A stretch of 49,078 nucleotides of DNA, the filler included, from Catajapyx aquilonaris (lineage: Eukaryota): the NCBI GenBank assembly GCA_000934665.2. It is 2 parts of 2 records of this genome, joined end to end, with 100 filler letters (N's around TTAATTAATTAA, not from the genome) between each part and the next. Parts side by side here need not be neighbours in the genome. Positions count along the whole stretch, not along the records: positions 24,673 to 49,078 come from JYFJ02005514.1; 1 more part is not named here. One strand, given 5' to 3'. How positions within the stretch are numbered: position 1 is the first letter of the stretch; each line of letters opens with the position of its first letter. A program made the position numbers and the translations under genes. Positions 24,673 through 37,321 of this stretch are shown in pieces. The notes below the pieces were generated by a model that worked only from the letters and a program-made list of their open reading frames with translations, searched no databases and was not told where the DNA came from.

Positions 24673-24790
24673 CTTCTGCCTGCGCACTCACTCACTCGAT
24701 TTGTAAACAGTGGCAACAATGGAAGCGCTCTCCATGGGCTGATGTTCGAATTGGCCCGCCGGACGGGGTTGCCAGGTAACGGGCTACAAT
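24673..24790. mobile_element. Partial copy of the MITE family at 48381-48702
   Basis: cttctgcctgcgcactcactcactcgatttgtaaacagtggcaacaatggaagcgctctccatgggctgatgttcgaattggcccgccggacggggttgccagg matches both arms of 48381-48702. Confidence 0.8.
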
Positions 24791-25118
24791 ATAAGCAGCT
24801 TAGGCCGAATTTGTCAATAACCAAAACGACAAAAAAGTTTGATCACCCTGTATTTATAATCATGTGTATATTGCGCGAGTGTTTATGTGTCTGTATGTAT
24901 ATTCATGTCATCCTTTTCATTATCATCATTCAGATCAATTAATCCTGCAGTGCACTGTTTTCAAATCACCCGCGTCTGTATTGATCATATTTCTAACCGT
25001 ACGTGTTTCCAAGCCTGTTCACATTGCGGACGTCGGCCATGTTGTTTTTTTTATTTTTTATTTTTCCTGCGCCTCCGGTGCTGCCCTCCTGCGGCGGCAG
25101 ATGGAGTCGAGGGCTAAC

Positions 25119-28100
25119 ATGGCGGCCAAATCGCATGCGGATCATAGTAGCGTGAGCGAGAGGAGATTGCGGCCCATCTACGGTAACCGAGGGCTGCTCC
25201 GGGCTGGCCCCCACTCGCGGGGTTGGGAAGGGGCAAGGTCCCTTCAGGGGGGAAGGTCCCCGGTGCGGCCTGGTCGAGGGCGAAGGAGGGCCGGATTCAG
25301 GTCGCCTCACACTTTATTGACCCTTATAGGCAGCTCAGGTCTAAATTTGGAGGGGTGCATGGCACTTGAGGAAGGCACTTGCACACTCCTCATGAAGGTC
25401 CGGATGATGTGGTAATGCCACAGAAAATAAGTGCAGCCTGAGCGTCACAGTACTCCTGTAAATCCACCGGGTGCGTTGATGCACCGTGTCATTTAAGTCA
25501 CTGTGCGCTGGGCAGTTCAACTGACATGTAACATAATGCAGTGCTTTTGTGCCAGAGTTTGGAGCAGGTGGCAGCTTTGTGCGATAAGTAGGGTCAACAT
25601 TGTCTGGATGTAGGTTAGGCACCTGCGTGGCCTTGGTTTGGGTTATGTGGAAAGGTCATGCTCACTTGAGAAGGGAATAAATTATAGGAAAAGTATTAGA
25701 AATTTGTACGCGAATTGAGGAGTGGAGGACAATGCTATTTGATCGGTCCTACCCTAATGTAGATCTCGTTCAAGCAAATTTTAACATAGTGCGCACCCAG
25801 TTTTAATCTACGTACTTAGAATTAGTTTCGCTCATAAGAAGATACAATTTAATAATGTGTCTAATGTATCGTCATAATTGAATGCATCATCGTCATCATC
25901 GGGTTGATTTAACAAAGTATTTTGTACAAACTTCTTAAGGCTGTTTAAAAAGCTTGCAACTTGACATTGTGTAATCATGTTGAACCTTTCTTCCCGCCCC
26001 CATCTCATAATGAAGACTGGCTTGACACTGGCAATAATAAAAAGGCTCTCCAGGAAGCTGACAAGGTCCTGAAAAAGCAGCCTAACTTCCAATGTGCCAG
26101 GGTGAGCTTCATTTTTATTATAATGAAATACCAATAATTGTGAATGTTTAAAATAAACTTCAATGCTTCAACTTGCAGGTGCTGAAAGCATTGGCTCTCC
26201 TCCGGCTGGGCCGCGCAGAGGAGAGCGTGCCGATCCTGGTAGAGCTACATTCAGAGGTCCCTACAGATGACAACACACTGCAGGCAATAGCAATTTGCTA
26301 CAAGGAACTAAATTGGCGTAAGTGGTTTTATTATTTGATGATCGATATTTAAAAAAATTTACTTCCCATTTAGTGCCTGTGCATTGTACAAAAAAAGAAA
26401 GTGCATTACTTTAAGGCAATATCATGTAGCTTATACATGACATCATTTGAAAATCAAGTAAACTCCTTTTTGTCCATCCAGCGGAACGAATTTGCGACCT
26501 CTACGAATGTGCTGTGAAAAAGGATCCTGGTAGTGAGGAGCTTCTGACGCACCTGTTTGTTGCTTGCGTTCGTGTTGGCGACTACAGGCGGCAGCAGCAA
26601 GTTGCCATGAGCCTCTACAAACTTAAGAATAAGAACCCTTATTATTTCTGGGCCGTCATGAGTGTTGTTATGCAGGTGAGTACTCATTAATTGCATGCTT
26701 TATTAGAAGTTGCAAATGTTAGTAGCCATTGGTTTTTGAATTTGCAGAGTGAAATTTTTGTTATTTTCCTAATGGAATATGTTGCATTTTAATGTACATT
26801 ATTTTGTTTTACCCAGGCATCTCAGCTTAGTGAAGAAGTGGCCCAGTCAGTTACTCTCCCCCTGGCTGAGCGCATGGTCCGCAAACTGGTGGATGAGAAT
26901 CGCTTGGAAGCAGAGCAGGAAGTGCTTCTGTACCTGATGATCCTGGAGATGCAAGGGAAAGTAGGGGAAGCTCTCGAGGTGGTCGAGGGGTCTTTGGGAC
27001 AAAGGCTGCTCGTCTCTCCTAATTGCTCTCCAGTGCTCAAGAAGACTCAGTTATTGTCCAGGTATCTTATCGAAGTCGTGGTTTGGTCTCTTGGTTTGTA
27101 GAACCAGTCGATAAGCTTTAAATATTTGTTGGCAGGTTGGGTCAGTGGCGGCAGCTGGTCTTGATGTACCCTGACCTAATCAGGGGTAACCCAGACCAGA
27201 TGAGCTACTACCAGGCATTCGTCAAGGTGGCCTTCCAGGTGGATGATGAGCAAAAGGAGAGCAGCGGCAAGGCTGAAGAAGGTGGCAGGGAGGGCCAGGA
27301 AAGTGAAAATAAGGGCAGTATGATTGAAGAAGCTGTGTCCCTGGTGCTTGAAATGTGTGAGAAGAGAGATGGAAATAAGGATGCGAAGATGGTGCGGGCC
27401 CCATTTCTGGCAAAGATTGAGCTATGCAAACAGCTGGAGGAGAGGAAGTGTTGTGGGGTGAAGCGGATGGAGCAACTTGGAACAATGGAGGATGCACTAG
27501 AAGCCTACGTGTCTATGTTCGGGGACAGGTCATGCTGCTTTAGTGACCTCCAGCACTATATTCTGGCTTTGGATGAGGCACGAAGAGAGCACTTCCTGAA
27601 GATGGCTGAAGGGAAGCTCGAGTTGGATGATGATGGGAATCCTGCTTCTGTGAGTATAACAGTTCCTTCAAGTAATTTACATTGCCATGTCTTACAGTGC
27701 ATAAGCTAACACTCAGTTTCCTTCTAGATGAACCAAATGTTCCGTCACATCTGCCTTCTTCAATGGAAACGCCTTCTTGGTCATCACGATGCCCTCTCTG
27801 CCTTGGAGAAGCGCGCTTTGGCTTCTGATCTCCTCTGCCACTACTCTTCTACCGGGAGGCTTCTCCCAGAGCAGCAGCTCCCGACAGATGTCCGCCCCAA
27901 TGATACCTATCCATTGATAGCAGCCCATCTCCTGCATGATGCCTGGGAGGAATCTAAGGATAGCACGGCCCTGTTGGAGGCCGCAGCTGTACTGGAGCAT
28001 GCCCTCACTAACAGCCCATGTGGCTTCTCTCTTCGCCTCCCGCTTGTGCGCATTTATCAGCGTATGGGGGCAGGCGAAGCATCCCATGCTCATATTGAAG

Positions 28101-30244
28101 CACTGGATGTCAAGCATGTGCAGTTGGACACGTTAGGACACCTCCTTATGCGCCACACTGCCACTCTCGGGATGCTTAGAGCTGCGGAAGAGCAGGCTGC
28201 CTTGACACTCAGGTTCTTCGCCGCTGGTAACAAGGACGTTGCTGATCAGGTCAGTCTGATGGGCTGGCAGGTATGCACTTGTCAGATTGATGAAATGTGA
28301 TGTGACTGAGGCTAGCACACTCTTTTTCATGGTTGAAATTGGCTGATTTCGTCTCATCTTAGTGATGTCATTTGCATGGCCACTCTTTTGAAAGTTAATT
28401 TGATGACATTTTGTCATAAACTTCATTTTTGATCAGGTGGTTTCAGCATACAAGTTTGGCAACTTTGGGCATGTCCCAGAATTCCTTCGTATGCGTGAGA
28501 GGCTGGCAAGGTCGATGCATTTAGCAACTGTTACCATTGAGAAGATGGCTGCAGACTTGGTGACGGACACATCGGGGCATGAGGATGTGATGAAGATGGC
28601 TGCAGCCATGGAACTGGATGCCGCAGATGATGGTGTTAAGTGGGACGCTCTTTGCGACAGTAGAGACTACACTGTCATGGTGTCTTGGGCACCACTGCAG
28701 AGGTAATTTTTGTTGCTCTCCTTCATTCAGCTCAACCTGAAGGTGTTTTCATCTTTTCCATGCCATTAGTAACATCTGGCAGGTTTTTGCTGATCCATCC
28801 AAAAAAACGAAAGGCACTTTCCAACCACAATTAATCAAGCTGGAGCTGTAATTAAATATATTCTAGAGATATGTCATGTGTTTTTTTTAAAATGTGGAAT
28901 TGCAATTGTTGCAGGAGACCGACCGAGAAGTCAGTGAAGCATTCATTTGAGGCAGACGTGATTTACCTCCGCCTGCGCCATTTGATGCTTCGGTGCCTGG
29001 CTGCTGCCCTTTCCTTAGCCCCTGGTGCCACCGCCACATCGGGAATGACAAATGGGGCTTCCCCTGAAGGCACATCCCCTGATCCAACCTCCCTGCTGTC
29101 ATCCCTCGTGGAGGAACTAAGGCAACGTGTCGCAGATGCATCAAAGGCTGGCTGGTTGGAAGAGCCTCCCTTGAGTGAGCAGTGCCTCCAGGGCCCCTCC
29201 CCTTCCCGCCTTCACCTGTACCTGCAGGTGAAAGCTCTAGACATGGTGACTACCTCCCTTAGGCTGTGTCTTGTCGTTCATCGGGTGCTGGCAGACCAGA
29301 GTACGACAGGGGAGGCTGAGAAGGCGGCACAGGCAGCACTTGACGAGGCATGTGCACTACAGGAGAGGGTGAAAGAGCTGGGAGCATTGGCCGAGGAGGC
29401 AGGAAAGGAAGTTGGGATTAGGTGTGAATTCCTCGAGAGGATTTTTAATCTCACAGAGGTGGGTGTTGTGCCTTTCTCTTTGTCAAGTACATTATTTTGT
29501 AAACACTCCTTTTTATATTGACAGGCTGTGGGACTAAGTGCAATTGCGTGTGGCGTAGTTCATCTCCTCCTAAGGCCACCTGGTGCGCCATCAACACATC
29601 AAGCGAGAAAGGGAAAGAGAAAGGGAAGGCGAGAGAAAGAAGTTGCGTTGCCAACTTTGCTCGTAAGTCCACTTATTATACTTGAACAGCTTTAGATTTT
29701 TTTTTAAATGTCTTGCCACACTCCTTGGAGTTGTACTAATGAGTTGAAGTTCTGCAAATTTACATTTTACAAACCTGGTAGGCTTGGTGTACTGGACAAA
29801 GTGAAGCAAGATGTGCTTCGAAGGAGTTGTGTCACCAATAAGATTATCTAGGACAGGATTCTTTAGTAATTTCTTCCTGAACATGTCAGCAAGCAACAAT
29901 TTTTCTTTTGGCAGCCGTCTGTGGCCCAGACATTCAACAAGACCTGCACCTCGTTACAAGAAGTACTGAGAGGACTGGAATCAACCCTGTCTCAATTCCA
30001 GTCGGTAGCCTCAGTAAATGACCTGGTTTCGGAACTTGCAGGAACACTCAGGGTTCAGCAGGTTGTCTCTTGGAATGCCAAACCAATTCAGGGCACAACC
30101 GATGCAGGATCCCCGCCGCCAAGTGAAATGTCCGCACTCTCAGTGGTTTTGGGCAAGATGGACAGCAGCTACCGAAAGACAGTGCAGGAAATGGGGAGGG
30201 TCCTGCAGCTCAAGGCAAAGTACCTGCAGGGAGTGCAGGTCTGA
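25119..30244 (+). CDS. NAA25: N-alpha-acetyltransferase 25, NatB auxiliary subunit (MDM20/psidin)
   Basis: Exons 25119-25182, 26016-26101, 26179-26317, 26482-26675, 26817-27061, 27136-27649, 27728-28249, 28437-28702, 28915-29458, 29525-29662, 29914-30244. Motifs [88 protein letters not shown]. Confidence 0.95.
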
Positions 30245-30818
30245 GACTGATACCATTCTTTTTCGCAAAGTCTTTTTTCCTTCACTTTCCCACCCAATCA
30301 GATTTTTCGCTCCCAAGCCAGTGTCTTCAGCAAATCCCCGTTTTTTGTGATAACCAGCTTGAGAACTCACCGTTGTTTTGTTTACGAGTCCCCAATCCCC
30401 AGTTTGTTTACGGACTGCGTGTTGGAAATTTTTCAGTAGAAATAAAAATTCGAGAGGTAAGTAGGACTGAAAAAACAAGTTTTATTGTCTTGATTTGAAA
30501 GGTCAACATGATAACAATCTTTCTTCAGGAATGTTGCTGGAGATCACTAGACACGTGGTGATTGGCTTCGTCTTTGGTTGTTGTTCTTAGGAGAGCATCT
30601 GGAAAAAGATTGATAACGGTCATATGCATAGTGTAATCATGAAGGTCAGACACACGTCCATGCAATGCTACTGATACTGCAGAGATTCATAATGTTCAGT
30701 CAAATGGACCCGATGTATCTAAATGCAGCAACAAGCTACTGTTTTTTGAACACATGTATTCACGTAGCAAATGGATCATTCAAGTCTGTTGGATCATACC
30801 TTTCACAAAGTGGCACAA

Positions 30819-33679
30819 AGGACATGGCACCATTCCTTATGGGAAATGGTTTTCGGCTCAATTCTCCCAATTTTTTATATGTTGTAGAAAATAAGATGGT
30901 AATCAATTCTTGACATTTCGCCAAGACCTGAAAATCATCAGGTCACCCGCTACATCGGGTCAAGGACAGTCTACCGTTCCCTCATGAGGTCTACCAAATG
31001 TGGTACCAATGAAATGGGCTTGATTAGCTGGTTCTGAAAAACCCCACATGTTGACCCCTGTGACCTACGGGTCACGCGCTACTTCGGGTCAAAGATACCA
31101 AATATCGTTCCTTCAATTGGCCCATCAAAATAATGTGGGACTGTACAGTACTGGACAAAATAGCACATCATAAATGTAAGCAATGGCTTTGGCGTTACCT
31201 GGCTTGTTCGGACATCAGCATATGGAGAGTGCTTAGCGTACTTTCTATTGTTGCCACTGTTTACAGGTAGGGATTGATGCTGGGCGACCTAGCGACGGGT
31301 CTGCAGGGTTACTAATGCATGGCATTGGAATAAGCGGGCTGAGGGGATGTTATTTTGAGAAGGCGCTTTGTTATTATCACTCTATCGTCACTTTCCAGCA
31401 TGAGTCAGGATGCATGGAGTTACTGAATGATCGGGAAGGAGTCCAGTACACTCTTGTCTGCCAATTTAATATAAGGTCCACATTGAATGTCATCCACTCC
31501 CAATCTAGCCCAGTGTACTCGGTGAAAGGGTGTGAAAGAGGGGTGAGTTGGGTAAGGAACACATTTGCATTCTGAATTACTGTCAGAGTCTGAAATATTG
31601 GATTTCTTCATATTGTGAGATTCAGGTCTGACTCTCAGAACGTTTTGAGAATAACTGATTTATTTCCCAGGCACAATCAACCAAAGAGTTCTGCTATTAT
31701 ATATAATATACCTAGGCTGGGTTGCACCAGCTTCCGGAAAATTTGTCTGGCCGAAGAGCCAGGATAGTTTGTTATTCATTGTTGACAACAATGAATAACA
31801 AGCTAACCGGGCTCCTCTTCAGCCAGACAAATTTTCGGGGAGCCGGTGCAACCGGGTCCTAGAGAGAGCACTCGGGGTGAAATGTGAGGCAGGCAACAAT
31901 ATTACCTGAGTAAAGTTGGTGGCTGCCTCAGCCTGGCTAATAGGAAAGGAGAGGGAGTACTGTTCCTCTAGGTATATTATATATAATATTTGCTACGTGC
32001 TGTTCCTAGTCGCAATATCTTGAGGCACGCCAAGGCCAGATGCAAATCGGCCCAAATGATTCCTTCCTTCCTTCCCGGCAACTCCATTTCTATGGGTGGT
32101 GGGAGATGATGATGGCAGGGGATGGGGCACGACAACAACGAACCAGGCTCAGGGTGGGTTTGCTGCTCACTCACAGATTTTATGGAAATCCCATGTGCAG
32201 AGGAAAAGCTGAAATTACTGCCTTTTGCTGTTTTTTAAAGGTCCATCTCGAAATAAGGGAATAATAAAAAGGAGGATGCTGAGCTGGAATGGAATTCCTT
32301 GGACAAAAAGGAGGCACACTAGTTCTTTCGACACTTCTGGGCATACCTGGCCGTGGGGCCACGATGACCGACCCCGATGGTGGTCACTTTCGCAGGGTTG
32401 CCAAATCCAACAGGTGCAGCATACCTTTACATGCAGTCTGTGATAAAAACGTGGTCACTTATGAACATGTTTGGACCTGAGGCGACGATGACCGACGCCA
32501 CTGTGGGGCACTCACGGGGTTGCCAGGTCTAACGGGCGCAACATGCGTTTATTATTTGAATATGGCGCTTGGATTCGGTGATAAAGACGTTCTTCAGAGA
32601 GAAGGTCCCCATTTTCAGTATATTTTTTTTTGTGCATGATTAAAATTTTCTGCACGAGTGAGGACACCCCCACACGTGCAGTTGGTAGCACTGAATGTAT
32701 GGCAATGCGTATGGCAATGACTACACGCTTGAGGTAGACTCATGTCCTTCAACTCATCTGCGGCATTCTCTGAATCTTTGTATTTGACGCTGTTTTGATA
32801 TATTTTGTACAGTACCGGTAATCACCAACTCCACATTAGCTGTGATTAGGCAAAGATGACCAACTCTAGAGCATCATCAAGTGACTATACCCCATACATG
32901 GCAATGCAGAAGGCAGTGTGGTATCGCCCCTGGTGGGTGTGCATGTTGTTGTCTCCCCTTGCAGAACTCTTTGCGATCAACATAGTACACTACTGTAGTA
33001 ACCACAGTAACCACCAGACATAGCAGCCAACTACTGGAACATCCCTCTCATCATTCCATCCTTTCTGTAACTCCATCATTGTGGGAAGTGACGACCACAG
33101 TGACGACAGTGTGATAATAACAAAGCGCCTTCTCAAAATAACATCCCCTCACCCCGCTTATTCCAATGCCATGCATTAGTAAGCCTGCACACCCGTCGCC
33201 AGGTCGCCCAGCATCAGTCGCTACCTGTAAACAGTGGCAACAATAGAAAGAAAGCTAAGCACTCTCCATATGCCGATGTCCTAACACGCCCAGTTGCCAG
33301 GTAACGCCAACGCCATTGTTTACATAATGATAGGCTATTTTGTCCGGCGACTGTACAGTACCACATTATTTTGATGGGCCAATTGAGGGAACGATATTTT
33401 CTGTCTTTGACCCGAAGTAGCATGTGACCTGTAGGTGACAGTGGTCAACATGGGAGTTTTTCAGAACCAGCTAATCAAACCTGTTCCATTGGTACCACAT
33501 TTGATGGACCTTATGAGGGAATGGTAGACTGCCCTTTGACCCGATGAAGCGGGTGACCTGATGATTTTCAGGTCTTGGCGCAACGTTAAGAATTGATTAC
33601 CATCTTATTTTCTAAGCATATGAAAAATTGGGAGAATTTAGCTGAAAGCAATTTCCCATAAGGAATGGTGCCATGTCCT
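30819..33679. mobile_element. Long inverted-repeat element (~580-bp arms), possibly Kolobok-type non-autonomous
   Basis: ~30819-31397 is the diverged reverse complement of ~33085-33679; termini aggacatggcacc...ggtgccatgtcct with TTAA at the right end (ACAA at the left); no transposase ORF inside. Confidence 0.7.
31715..31859. mobile_element. Palindromic MITE, PIF/Harbinger-like termini
   Basis: ggctgggttgcaccagcttccggaaaatttgtctggc...ttgttattcattgttg|acaacaatgaataacaa...gccagacaaattttcggggagccggtgcaaccgggtcc; the whole element folds back on itself. Confidence 0.75.
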
Positions 33680-33798
33680 TTAATTTTGGTTATGGCAGTT
33701 GCGCTTTAATTAAAAGGCTGTGATTTCCGTTACACTGACAAAGAACATATTATCTCAGGTGATAATAACGGATCTTGATGAAACTGAATATGCTAATA

Positions 33799-34358
33799 CA
33801 GTAAAACCTCTGTAAGTCGAAGAAAATGATGAGCTTGGTTGGTCACGATGTAAAATAATAGGAAATAAACTTCCCTAACTCGTATTTCTATAACTCGAAG
33901 TTCTCCATAACTCGAAGTGCTGGCAGGGCCTTACGATGGGATATCAATGCATTTGCAGTCACCCTAAGTCGATGTTCATGTTGGCGAGTACGGAAAATTT
34001 TCTCATTCCCAGCAGAAGGGTCGAGAGTACAGTACATGTACGGAAATGCTCTTTCCTGGTCTCCGTCTACCAGTAATGACTCATTCCATCCACACCAGGT
34101 CCTTGATTGAATCCTTTATTAAGAGTGAGAGCTGATCGAAGAGTAGGCAAATGTCCGTAATGGAGGTTTTAAAATACAACAAAACAATGAGCAACATTGT
34201 AGTGTGTTGGTGTGTTATTTTTAAGTTTTGAACACCTTTTGTCACTGGATATAAAGGTTAGGCTTCCTTATCAAGTTATGTGCTGAAAAAATTCCAAACT
34301 TCTATAACTTGAAGTTTTTTCCGCTGCCATGGAGATTTGACTTATAGAAGCTTTACTG
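33799..34358. mobile_element. pogo/Tigger-like MITE
   Basis: TA|cagtaaaacctctgtaagtcgaa ... tttgacttatagaagctttactg|TA; internal repeated (a)taactcgaag motifs. Confidence 0.75.
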
Positions 34359-34624
34359 TATATGATAACAGGGAGGTGAAGTGGCGCTACGGTAACGCCC
34401 ACGGATGTTAAGGTCCCGGTTTAGGCCCTGATACCAGTCCACAGACAGAGGCGTTCTAGAATACTTTTTTTCCTATGATGAGAAAAAGTCTAAAACTGAG
34501 GTTTACAAACATTTGACACCATTTTGAATCCAGAAATTTTGCTGTTAAAATATAAATGGCTATCTCAAAACATATTTAACTAGCTTCAAGTCAGTGTGTT
34601 CCAAGTGCCCAAAGGTGTTTTTTA

Positions 34625-34733
34625 TGTAGCTTTTTGCACCCTGATTGAGGAGCCCAATTATTATTCCCAGGTGTGGTTGAACACATCAGCTGCTAAGTAA
34701 TTGGGCACCTCGATCACGGCATGAAAAGTTACA
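34625..34733. repeat. Degenerate palindromic MITE-like hairpin
   Basis: tgtagctttttgcaccctgattgaggagcccaatta ... taattgggcacctcgatcacggcatgaaaagttaca inverted arms. Confidence 0.55.
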
Positions 34734-35164
34734 CAAAAATAACAGCTTCAGGCGAAATTTGTGATAACTAAAGGGACCAAAATAATTTTAACAGACTGCT
34801 TGATGCTTTGCATTTGAACTTATTATTATAGGAGTTATAGGCATGCACCTACAGCCGATGAACCAGAAATGTAATGGTACATGATTATTATATGGCATTA
34901 CATACTTTCATTAACCGTGTCTAATCCAGATAGTCGAGGATACGAGGTAGTTCTAATATTGCCAACCCTGCTAATTCAGATGACACAGACTTGAGATCAT
35001 AAACGTACATAGCCGTCCATTACTCAACTACTGCTACAAAACAAACTGAACCTTAATGTAGTAACAAGAAGCATCTTAGCAAAACAAACTCCTATCAAAA
35101 TAAGGGCATGCTTCTGTGAGATGCCAACTGTCATTTCCACTGCCCCGTTGTACACAAAATGCAC

Positions 35165-36139
35165 CTACCCAGGTGGCCTGTTCTCTGTACCTCTACCCCT
35201 CCTCCTCCCCCTGCCCTTGTGGCCAGCCATCTCCCAGGAAATGATTGGTGTGACCAATTCCTTCATGGGCTGCCCTCTCTGCACCACGGGAGTCTTCCTA
35301 AGCTTCACGCTCAGTATATCCTCCAATGTTATGGCAGGTCTTGGGGGTTGCGGCAATCCTGTGAGGGAGCTGACTTGCCGGAGTGGTTTGGGTGTGAGGA
35401 GCATGGGCGGTGGTGGTGGGGGAGGAGGAGGAGGAGGAGGCGGCGGGGGGGGAGGAGGTGGCGGAATGTTCGTCTTGGGGCCGGCCTGGAGGAAGCTGGC
35501 CACTGCGAGCTCCAGCTGAGCTATGCGGTGCTGCATAGCCTCAATTTTGGACTCGCATCCACATCTGGGTGGCACGGGTGGTAGTGGCAGCGGTTGTGGC
35601 GACATGGGATGGATGGCGCCCTGTTGCAACCCTCTCCATGCCAATGATAAGGTCTGGAATGTACAATTCTTATGTACCACGACAGGGAAGGACAGCATGA
35701 TACGTACCTGCATGGAGAATGCACGCAGGAAATTCATGATTTGCAATGCAAACGTCCAGGTGTTACTGGCCAAGTCTGCTATCCAGATGAACCTGGGCTC
35801 CACCACCTCGTTCTCCGAGCCTGCGTCACATCCTGGTATAGCAGTGACCAGTGGTAAGGACAAGGTCATCACCTGGCTGACCTTACACCTGTCCAGTCTC
35901 TGGATCTTGATCCGGATTGACTCTGGGCTGACGTTGGGTGCTCGCTTGGTGTTGACCTGGGCAGCTCGGAAGGTCAGGCTGAGTCGAGGCGGGGACGGGG
36001 CAGCGGCATGGTGTTGTGTGGATGGCCCGCTGTTGGGTGACCCTCCTCCGAACCGCTCCCAGGGTATGTCAAACTTGCCTCTCCTCCTGCTGCTGATGTT
36101 GAGACTCACTCGGTCCGTCGGGTCATGCTGCCCGCCCAT
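35165..36139 (-). CDS. Proline-rich protein 11 (PRR11)-like
   Basis: 324-aa ORF with a short coiled coil (ESKIEAMQHRIAQLELAV), a ~19-Pro run, then AITLEDILSVKLRKTP, resembling the PRR11 ITxxDLLxVKLKKT motif. Probably contains an in-frame 54-nt intron (35707-35654); true ends uncertain. Confidence 0.65.
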   Translation of the reverse strand: MGGQHDPTDRVSLNISSRRRGKFDIPWERFGGGSPNSGPSTQHHAAAPSPPRLSLTFRAAQVNTKRAPNVSPESIRIKIQRLDRCKVSQVMTLSLPLVTAIPGCDAGSENEVVEPRFIWIADLASNTWTFALQIMNFLRAFSMQVRIMLSFPVVVHKNCTFQTLSLAWRGLQQGAIHPMSPQPLPLPPVPPRCGCESKIEAMQHRIAQLELAVASFLQAGPKTNIPPPPPPPPPPPPPPPPPPPPMLLTPKPLRQVSSLTGLPQPPRPAITLEDILSVKLRKTPVVQRGQPMKELVTPIISWEMAGHKGRGRRRGRGTENRPPG

Positions 36140-36805
36140 TTGACATGCCCTTCGACCTCGGGCTGTTTATCGTCTCCCCTCGTCACCTAGGAAGGGCTCA
36201 ACAACAATCACTAGTCCGTTTGCACGTCAAGTTTTTCTCCACAAAATAATCCAACGGTTTTCAAACTTGAAAATGGAGCCCAACGGACAAAATTATCTGC
36301 AATGTAGATGGCGACACTTGATATTTATTTGTAATTAAGCGTACATGCAACTAATTTTGCTGCATATATCCCTTAAAATTCTGGGAAACTAAAATAATTA
36401 CCTGGGAAAATTTGGTTTATATTGGGATCGATTGGGATTTTGAATCGAAACAGTTACTTTTCAATGGCTATTTATAGGAGCAGCTAATACTTGAGCTAAT
36501 AGTAGTTTCCATCAGTGTTTCCCCATCTGTTTCCGTAGTTGTGAAATGAAATTGCAGCTTTAAAACCTAATTTAAACACTGAAATTTGACAGTGCAAATC
36601 TTTTTTGCAGTCCTACGTGCATATGGTGCATAATGCATATCAGCATATGCACTGTAACTAAACCGACTGAAACTAATAATAGCACTTCAGCTACGTTATT
36701 TTGACTACTGTGTTTTGCACGGTTTTGCATCATAAATGCGGAATTTTGGATAAATTTGGATTAATCTTAATGCCTGTATATGCTTAGTAAATCATTGGAA
36801 TGTCG

Positions 36806-36833
36806 TGACGTCATCCGGCGGCTCCGCCATGTT
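36806..36833. promoter_or_regulatory. Candidate bidirectional promoter (CRE + YY1-type motifs) between the PRR11-like gene and MARS1
   Basis: Perfect TGACGTCA (36806-36813) and CCGCCATGTT (36824-36833) in a CpG-rich patch between divergent genes. Confidence 0.5.
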
Positions 36834-37321
36834 GCATCATTTTGTTCGGGACGCTTCTAAGCGCGATTATTCCTAGCTGTTATCGTACAGCTCTAGTTGT
36901 GGCATGAGGAACTGGTTGTGATTGAACGCAAGGATAGCAGTGACTGTAATAAGCGATGCGATTTCCCTTCCTCATTCACTTGTGTTCGTCAGCTTGAGGC
37001 GCCTGCAGCTTCCATGTCGGCAGCTGGTATGGCTTTCACTCGTTGTTTCGTGCACGTGTCACTTCTGGAAGGGTCGCGCAGCACTTGGTCAAATGTCTGT
37101 GACTCGTTTGGTATCGTTAGAGTACAAGCCAGCTGTCAACCAGGGCCGAAACGTTACGCTCTGTGGTGTAACGTGTGCAGTCATTGGTTCGCTTTACAGT
37201 TTCATGGGAGGAAACATAGGGTCAAAAATGCTGATTGCTTAATGATGTAAAAGAGGCAGTGAGAAGCTGCAATCACCAGGAAAGATAAACCACTTTTAGT
37301 TTTCAATGATTCTTGGTTTAA

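Noticed and set aside
30912..30950. Possible hammerhead ribozyme (CTGATGA...GAAA on the minus strand)
   Set aside because: Stem II cannot pair and the second copy at ~33558 lacks GAAA; it is just a gacctga/tcaggtc hairpin in the repeat.
34372..34440. tRNA-like A/B boxes (also ~21195-21250)
   Set aside because: Boxes are degenerate with no tail or TSD; at most old SINE heads.
35121..36143. Plus-strand ORFs with poly-Gly (132, 141, 206 aa)
   Set aside because: Antisense shadows of the poly-Pro PRR11-like ORF.
36897..37250. ORFs as the missing GST-like exon of MARS1
   Set aside because: No resemblance to the MetRS GST-like N-terminus and no ATG/splice path linking them to 38795 that I could support.
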